From contig JBBQFN010000002.1 of assembly GCA_038321985.1 (NCBI GenBank), forward strand, positions 383,269 through 447,268: a stretch of 64,000 bases of DNA, given 5' to 3'. The number at the start of each line of letters is the position of its first letter. The stretch's first letter is position 1. The DNA is from Cyanophyceae cyanobacterium (lineage in GTDB: Bacteria > Cyanobacteriota > Cyanobacteriia > Cyanobacteriales > Laspinemataceae). The position numbers were made by a program, and so were the translations under genes. The notes beneath the pieces were generated by a model. The model did no database searches. It was not told where the DNA came from and saw nothing but the letters and a program-made list of their open reading frames with translations. Shown piece after piece: positions 58,131-64,000 of this stretch.

Positions 58131-60608
58131 ATGAAAAAATCTGCTGGATTTTGGTCGATTCTTGCGGCTTTTCCTATATTGCTAGTTCCCAATCTGACCC
58201 TCGCTCAAATCGTCCCCGATGCGACTTTGCCGGTTAATTCTCAAGTCACCTTTCAAGAGGCCACCGACTTAATCGAAGGTGGGACAACCCGCGGCACTCA
58301 CTTATTCCATAGTTTTAGTGAGTTTTCCATTCCCAGCGGACGGACCGCGCATTTTGATAATGCACCCAATATTCAGACTATCTTCACTCGGATTACCGGA
58401 AATTCTATCTCAGAAATTGACGGATTGATTCGCGCTAATGGCACGGCTGATTTGTTTTTGCTTAATCCGAATGGGATTGTTTTTGGTCCGAATGCTGCGT
58501 TGGATATTGGCGGCTCATTCTTAGGGACAACCGCAGATAGTGTCCAATTTGCTGATGGGTTTGAGTTTAGTGCAAGTAATCCCCAGGTCAATCCGTTGTT
58601 GAGTGTGACTGTGCCGGTGGGGTTGCAGATAGGAACGAACCACCCACCCGGTACGATTCAAGTGCAAGGCGCTAATTTGACGGTTAAAACGGGAGAAACC
58701 CTCGGATTGTTGGGTGGAGATTTAACAATAGCGGGTAATGGTAATCCGTTGGAAACAAGTTTGACTGCCGGAGGCTTTCCCTTGGCGGTAGTCGATGGCA
58801 TTTCCATTCCCACAACTCCAGGCGGACGAATCGAACTTGGCAGCATCTTGTACGGAAGTGTGGCGATTGATAAAAACGAACACGGATTTAGTTTAAATTA
58901 TTCTGAACTTGAAAATTTGGGCAATATTCAGCTAATCAACGGAGCTACACTAAATACCAGCGGCACCGGGAGCGGTGAGATTGCAATTCAAGGACGTTTC
59001 GTGCGCTTTGTTGGGTCGCGCATTTTGTCGCTCAATACAGGTAATCTTCCCGGAGAAAATATCAGAATTAATGCAACTGAATCGTTTATTTTGGTTGGTA
59101 CAGGAAATTTTGTTGAAAGATTTCAGCAGCTTGCCCGTATCAATTCAAGCCCTGTGGATTTTCAAAATGGTATTTATAGTGTCAGTTTTGGTTCCGGTGA
59201 TTCGGGAAATATTTTGATAGAGTCTCCTCGTGTTTTTGCGGAAAAAGGAGCTTTCATTGCGTCCTCTACTACCGGGGCCGGTCAAGGAGGTTCTATCTCC
59301 GTCAATGCTTTACAATCAGTGGAGATGAATGCTTCCGCTTACCTCAGCGGAAATCGACTGGGTAGCACTGGAAATGCAGGAGATATTAGAATTAATGCGG
59401 GTTCTTTAAGGTTCACTAATTTAGGATTAGCGTTAGCAGGAACGGCAGGGAGTGGTGATGGGGGAATAATAGAAGTTAATGTTATTGAAACAGCCGAGTT
59501 TATTGGAACTAACGAATTTTTGTTGTTGTCAGCGCTAAACAATACGGGGTTATCGACTGCAACACTTAGCAATGCTAATTCAGGTGGCGTAAGATTAACG
59601 GCGAAACGGATGGTATTTCGAGATGGAGCGGCAATTGGAGCTTCTAATTTTAATGGGACTGGAGCAGGCGGAAATATCGAAGTTCTTGCATCTGAATCTA
59701 TTGAATTTGATGGAGCCTCGCCCACAGGTCTTTTCCGCAGCGGTTTGTACGCTCGTGGCGGTGGAACCGGGCGCTCCGGCAACGTCAGCGTTGTCACCGA
59801 TATGTTAAGCGTTCGCAATGGGGCGTTGATTACGGTCGGAGGTATCGAACGTGCTAGAGCCGGAAATATTGAGATATCAGCCACTTTCATTGCTCTGGAA
59901 AATGATGCTATCCTCACCGCTTCTGCTCAATCTGGCGATCGCGGCAATATTTTCCTTGATGCCGATAACATTCAACTGCGCGGCAACAGCGTTATTACGA
60001 CCAATGCCACGGGCGATGCAACGGGTGGCAATATCTCCATTCGTACTCAGACGTTAACCGCCCTGGAAAACAGCGACATCAGTGCCAATTCGGTAGGCAG
60101 TTTTGGCGGGCAAGTCAATATCAACGCCCAAGGCATCTTTGGCACCCAATTCCGCCCTTTCCCCTCCGACCAAACCTCAGACATCACCGCCACATCCGAA
60201 CGTGGGGCTGAGTTTAGCGGCATTGTCACGCTCAACACCCCCGGGCTGGACCCCACCGCTGCACTCGTCCCTCTTGAGACCAGCTTCCTTGACCCATCCG
60301 GACAGATAGCCACAGATTGTCAGGGAAACGAGAATAGTTTCACGGTGGTCGGTCGCGGGGGCATCCCAGGGAGTCCAACCGACCCGTTCTCAGAGACTAG
60401 GATTTTGACCGACTTAGGCAGTAGCCAGCACGAGCGTAGCATAACGCCCCAGTCGCGTACCCCAACAGCAACGGACGAATACCTCGAAGCTACTCAATGG
60501 CAGAGGAACGAGCGAGGTCAGGTTATTCTCGTCGCGGCGAGGCCGAATCGTCCTAAACTGGATGCAACCTGCGCTCAGTTGTCGGGTTCAAGTGTTAATG
60601 TTCCCTAA
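58131..60608 (+). CDS. Filamentous haemagglutinin N-terminal (TPS) domain secreted protein
   Basis: Signal peptide; QIVPDATL, LFHSFSEF, RITGNSISEIDG, LFLLNPNGI; Gly-rich beta-helix repeats (GxGGxI); typical cyanobacterial C-terminus SDITATS...FTVVGRGGIP...EATQW. Confidence 0.9.
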   Translation: MKKSAGFWSILAAFPILLVPNLTLAQIVPDATLPVNSQVTFQEATDLIEGGTTRGTHLFHSFSEFSIPSGRTAHFDNAPNIQTIFTRITGNSISEIDGLIRANGTADLFLLNPNGIVFGPNAALDIGGSFLGTTADSVQFADGFEFSASNPQVNPLLSVTVPVGLQIGTNHPPGTIQVQGANLTVKTGETLGLLGGDLTIAGNGNPLETSLTAGGFPLAVVDGISIPTTPGGRIELGSILYGSVAIDKNEHGFSLNYSELENLGNIQLINGATLNTSGTGSGEIAIQGRFVRFVGSRILSLNTGNLPGENIRINATESFILVGTGNFVERFQQLARINSSPVDFQNGIYSVSFGSGDSGNILIESPRVFAEKGAFIASSTTGAGQGGSISVNALQSVEMNASAYLSGNRLGSTGNAGDIRINAGSLRFTNLGLALAGTAGSGDGGIIEVNVIETAEFIGTNEFLLLSALNNTGLSTATLSNANSGGVRLTAKRMVFRDGAAIGASNFNGTGAGGNIEVLASESIEFDGASPTGLFRSGLYARGGGTGRSGNVSVVTDMLSVRNGALITVGGIERARAGNIEISATFIALENDAILTASAQSGDRGNIFLDADNIQLRGNSVITTNATGDATGGNISIRTQTLTALENSDISANSVGSFGGQVNINAQGIFGTQFRPFPSDQTSDITATSERGAEFSGIVTLNTPGLDPTAALVPLETSFLDPSGQIATDCQGNENSFTVVGRGGIPGSPTDPFSETRILTDLGSSQHERSITPQSRTPTATDEYLEATQWQRNERGQVILVAARPNRPKLDATCAQLSGSSVNVP

Positions 60609-60722
60609 GTTTGTCTTAGTTTGGATGCGATAAGTGCCAGTTCTGCCGAATGAACCGGGCTTCCTTCTAAAGCGTTACAATCGGTTCGTTTGATGTGTTC
60701 AAAACATAATTGGGGCAAACTG

Positions 60723-61217
60723 ATGAAATTCAGCAAGAAGCGCCGCACCACTATTATCCAACTTGTTCTCATTATCTTGTTAGTGGGTTTAGGCATCGGC
60801 ATTTTAATCGAACCCGCCCCAGGGCAAAGCGACTTGCAAGGATTTGTGGATTCCATTGAATCAGTCGAGCAAGTCAAAGAAGATTTGCGCCAGACCTTAG
60901 AATTTCGAGAGGAATGTGCGGTTGGGAGTTGTGTAAATATGGCAGGAACCTCAATCTGTGAATCGGTGGCCGCTTTAGATGTCCAAGTTAACGGCCAAAT
61001 TGTAGGGGGGATGACCTCGGTGGGTTCCGAGGGAAATATTCCGATTTCAGTCTCAGACTTAGAGCTAATGAAACTTATTTTTAGCCAGTGTAAACCCACG
61101 AACTATCAGTATTGGAATTACCCGATGATCCTCCACGTTTGGTACGTCCCGAGCGATGAGGTGGACCAGCAGGTTCGCCAGGGCTTGGGTTTGTCTCCTG
61201 GCCGAACTAGACAGTAG
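60723..61217 (+). CDS. Hypothetical membrane-anchored protein
   Basis: Basic N-terminus, a single TM segment (IIQLVLIILLVGLGIGILI) and a Cys-containing soluble part. Confidence 0.6.
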   Translation: MKFSKKRRTTIIQLVLIILLVGLGIGILIEPAPGQSDLQGFVDSIESVEQVKEDLRQTLEFREECAVGSCVNMAGTSICESVAALDVQVNGQIVGGMTSVGSEGNIPISVSDLELMKLIFSQCKPTNYQYWNYPMILHVWYVPSDEVDQQVRQGLGLSPGRTRQ

Positions 61218-61549
61218 CCAATCCCCTGGGGAGTTGAGCGGCGAATCAGATAACTGGCGGAGGTGACAGTTTGGGAAGGAGTTGGAGGCGATTCTCCGAA
61301 GGAGACGCTTCGCGATCGCAACCTTGTCCAAAGTGCCGGTGATTCTCATGCCCAGACGCTACGCGATCAGTTAATGGTTAAAGTTTGCCCCTGGGGACAA
61401 ACTGTCGATGCTGACAGTTTGGGAGAATCACCGGCTATGCCGTAGGCTATTGCCAGTCACATTACTCAATTTGGTTTAACCGATTTAAGCGGGCTGAGTA
61501 TTTTCAGAAGCGCGATTTGGTATGTCCGCCCGGTTACTTTCACTAACTA

Positions 61550-62029
61550 TCAAGGGCAATATACCTGTCCCCATCTGGGTGTAGGTGCATTCCTCGGGTT
61601 TACTTCTGGAGGCAAAGAAACGCATTCAAATTCTCTTACTTGTCCATTTACTAATCCTATAGTCCTGCCGCGAGGTGGGGATTTTATACCGTAAGTAACT
61701 GTACTAGCTTGTCTACACCCATTAATTACATTACGGCTTAAGGAAATGAGTAGGGCTGGTGAATTGAAAATATTTACTATCTGTTGAGCCTCTTCCCGAG
61801 ACGTGGGAGACTCCAGCCAAACTATTAATCCGAGTGGCCGGCCTGTGGGTGGATTTTCTATACTATTATTAACGTTAAACTCAATATTAATATTGTTATT
61901 TTCTTGCAGCGTAGTGATGATAGTATTGATAGCGCTTTCACAGTTACGGCCCTGTCTAAAGAAAGCCGGTTGAGCCAACACCGGATCCATAATTAAGAAG
62001 CTGGTTAAAATTAAAAAAGTCTTTATCAT
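61550..62029 (-). CDS. Hypothetical secreted protein (AT-rich)
   Basis: GAGGA RBS, signal peptide (VLA/Q), 4 Cys, ends PRWGQVYCP. Confidence 0.65.
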   Translation of the reverse strand: MIKTFLILTSFLIMDPVLAQPAFFRQGRNCESAINTIITTLQENNNINIEFNVNNSIENPPTGRPLGLIVWLESPTSREEAQQIVNIFNSPALLISLSRNVINGCRQASTVTYGIKSPPRGRTIGLVNGQVREFECVSLPPEVNPRNAPTPRWGQVYCP

Positions 62030-62389
62030 TGCAGTATTCCTCTATCAAAGTTCGTTTGAGTCAATGCTTCTGTGGAAAATTTAGTCACCATCATTAAAAC
62101 ATACCTGTAGTTAAATTGGGTTTGACTTGTGTATAACTTGAGAGGAAAACGACGGGACTGATTGCCCTCACCTTTGAGCGGATCACCCTCACCGTACTTA
62201 AAAACCCGACAGTTTAGAGACTTCCTCGGACTGGGAGAACCGGCTGAGATGGATGAGGCGATCGCTTCGGCAACTGGGCATCACAAAGATTGTCTACTGG
62301 CCGGATGCTGACGGGAGTAAGTTCCATATTCACGAGAAAAAAGCTGAAATGCTGCATTGGCTGCACTTGAAGCAGTTCGAGGTGGCGAT

Positions 62390-62686
62390 CGCTGTGGAAA
62401 TTCGTTTTTACGTTTCTTCTTTGATTGAAACGGCTGAAGAATTTGCCAAGCGGATTCGAGGTTACTGGGGAGTCGAAAACAAGGTTCATTATGTCCGGGA
62501 TGTAACTCAAGGTGAAGATGCTTCTCGTATAAGAACAAAACCCTTGGTTCAAATTTGGGCGGTGGCTCGAAATTTGGCACTGAACATATACCGCGATTAT
62601 GGATTTGATAATATGGCTCAAGCCCAACGTCTGGCGGGATTTGGCCTTAAACTAATTAAGGAGTTGTTTAGAATGAAATAGCCCTG
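62390..62686 (+). mobile_element. ISAs1-family transposase 3' fragment with the right end
   Basis: RFYVSSL...IRGYWGVENKVHYVRDVTQGEDASRIR; ends ATGAAATAGCCCTG (CAGGGC-type IR) at 62686; the 5' part is missing. Confidence 0.8.
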
Positions 62687-62859
62687 AACCTATTGGAGAA
62701 TAGACGTCGATAAATTGACGCCCACAATCCTTGCATATATGGTTCTGTTTTCCTCTCTTCAAGCCATTTTTACTGATATTAGTGGACTGACACTTAGAAC
62801 AAATCATATTCTCTAGGGGTAGAGGCTACCCCCTTACCATACCATAGGTGTGCAATGCC
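62687..62859 (-). mobile_element. Truncated second copy of the IS1-family element (left end)
   Basis: Near-identical to 56954-57126; ends TGTGCAATGCC; keeps ATG ATT TGT TCT AAG TGT. Confidence 0.88.
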
Positions 62860-62893
62860 GATTAACTCCCATCTGCCCAAGGCATAGCGCGGT

Positions 62894-63417
62894 TTATCGA
62901 ATGGTTTCGATATTTTCTTCCCAGTTTTGGCCGTTAAAGGGAGTCACGGCAAATTGTCCCGCGACATCTCCATCAAGGCATCTCACATTCACATCAAAGC
63001 TGTCAGGGTGCGATCGCGGTCTATAAAGGGCATGAATCCCACAAGTTTTACAAAATAGGTGTTTCGCGGCTCCCGTATTAAATGTATAAGTTTGTAGCAT
63101 CTCTTTCCCCTGTAATAGAGTAAAGGGACTGGGAGGAACAATCATACTCCATACGGTAGTTATAGGTCTGTTAAAAGGAAATCAACTTAGTGGACCCCAC
63201 CCTAACCCTCCCCGATCCTTTGGTCCGGGAAACATCAGATGAAATTAAAACGACTTTTAATACCCGGATTTGGTATCAGATGTAAAAAGCCTTTTTTCTG
63301 ACAGATTGAACAATTGCAATCAATGGCTTCGTGGCGATCAACTATCACTCGAAATCGCACTGCACCACAATGACAGCCGCCTTCGTAAGTTGTCCCGGAT
63401 TCTGGATTTTCAGTCAT
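62894..63417 (-). pseudogene. GFA family (glutathione-dependent formaldehyde-activating, CENP-V-like) gene interrupted by an insertion
   Basis: GGCHCGAVRF...CNCSIC...FLHL (63417-63278) and IVP...HLFCKTCG...VNVRCLD (63143-62894); removing 134 bp gives an in-frame 129-aa protein. Confidence 0.88.
63144..63277. mobile_element. 134-bp MITE-like insertion within the GFA gene
   Basis: ATCA repeated at 63141-63144 and 63275-63278; imperfect IRs ATACTCCATACGG / CCGGATTTGGTAT. Confidence 0.7.
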
Positions 63418-63545
63418 AATTAAGCCCCGAGAAAAATAGCCCAGAAAATTTATCTTTTCTATTGTATTACCCAGACAGAGGGTGGCAATCTTTTCCCCGG
63501 CGATCGCTTCACCCCAGCATCGGGTGCGACGGGACGCCACTCACC

Positions 63546-64000
63546 CTAAAATTTATCCTTGCGACCCCGGAGGCGCGCAAAAGTCTGCACCGGGTCCTCC
63601 CCATTCACCGCTTGTTGTAACACCGGATTTTCCCACCGCAAAAAGGGATTTGTGCGCTTTTTCACCCCCAAAATAGAAGGAATTGTTGCTTCATGGCGCG
63701 ATCGCGTCGCCTTCACCTGCGCGAAACGTTCCTGCAAATCGGGGTTATCTGCATCCACCGTTAAGGCAAACTGGAGATTACCTAGGGTATATTCGTGAGC
63801 ACACCAAACTCGCGTCTGATCCGGCAATTCTCGTAATTTACTCAGGGATGAGAGCATCGGAGCGGGGGTCCCCTCAAATAAGCGCCCGCAGCCCCCAGCA
63901 AACAGGGTATCGCCACAAAATAGGTCCCCAAGTTCCTCCCCAGTGGCAGGGGGAAAATAATAGGCAATGTGGGCCCGGGTATGTCCAGGAATAAAGAACA
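63546..64000 (-). CDS. gloB: Hydroxyacylglutathione hydrolase (glyoxalase II), 3' part
   Basis: The frame stays open to the window edge: [49 protein letters not shown]. Confidence 0.93.
   Translation of the reverse strand, partial: FFIPGHTRAHIAYYFPPATGEELGDLFCGDTLFAGGCGRLFEGTPAPMLSSLSKLRELPDQTRVWCAHEYTLGNLQFALTVDADNPDLQERFAQVKATRSRHEATIPSILGVKKRTNPFLRWENPVLQQAVNGEDPVQTFARLRGRKDKF

Noticed and set aside
59339..61099. Long antisense ORFs 59339-59917 and 60605-61099
   Set aside because: Antisense shadows of better-supported plus-strand genes.
62253..62389. N-terminal part of ORF 62253-62681 as ISAs1 transposase
   Set aside because: Does not resemble the ISAs1 sequence expected there; probably a chimeric join near the HIP1 at 62385-62392.
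1..64000. rRNA, tRNA or riboswitch genes
   Set aside because: None recognised by eye; a covariance-model scan would be needed to exclude small RNAs.

Overview
Cyanobacterial DNA: the HIP1 octamer GCGATCGC is very frequent, and the short repeats look Oscillatoriales-like. Bases 1-41.9 kb hold a probably iron-regulated hybrid NRPS-PKS lipopeptide metallophore cluster. A TonB-dependent-receptor-like N-terminus and an MFS exporter run divergently from FAAL-ACP-C | TauD | I-A(?)-T-C-A(Gly)-T-C-TauD | I-A(Asp)-T-C-A(Gly)-T | C-A(beta-Ala)-T | PanP-like decarboxylase | KS-AT-ACP | Cy-A-T | C-A-NMT-T-R | aminotransferase | type II TE. Unusual parts are an A domain lacking the conserved Asp235, a dedicated beta-alanine supply, a KR-less PKS module with a free-standing aminotransferase, and N-methylation with reductive release. 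Bases 42-64 kb are an accessory region: a tnpB relic, Zn alcohol dehydrogenase, an HstK-type kinase plus REC-adenylate cyclase, a haemagglutinin-domain protein, gloB, IS1/ISAs1 remnants, MITE-like elements (one splits a GFA gene), and a decayed DISARM drmB(/drmC) relic missed by the ORF track. All domain and substrate calls are by-eye motif reading; no searches were run.
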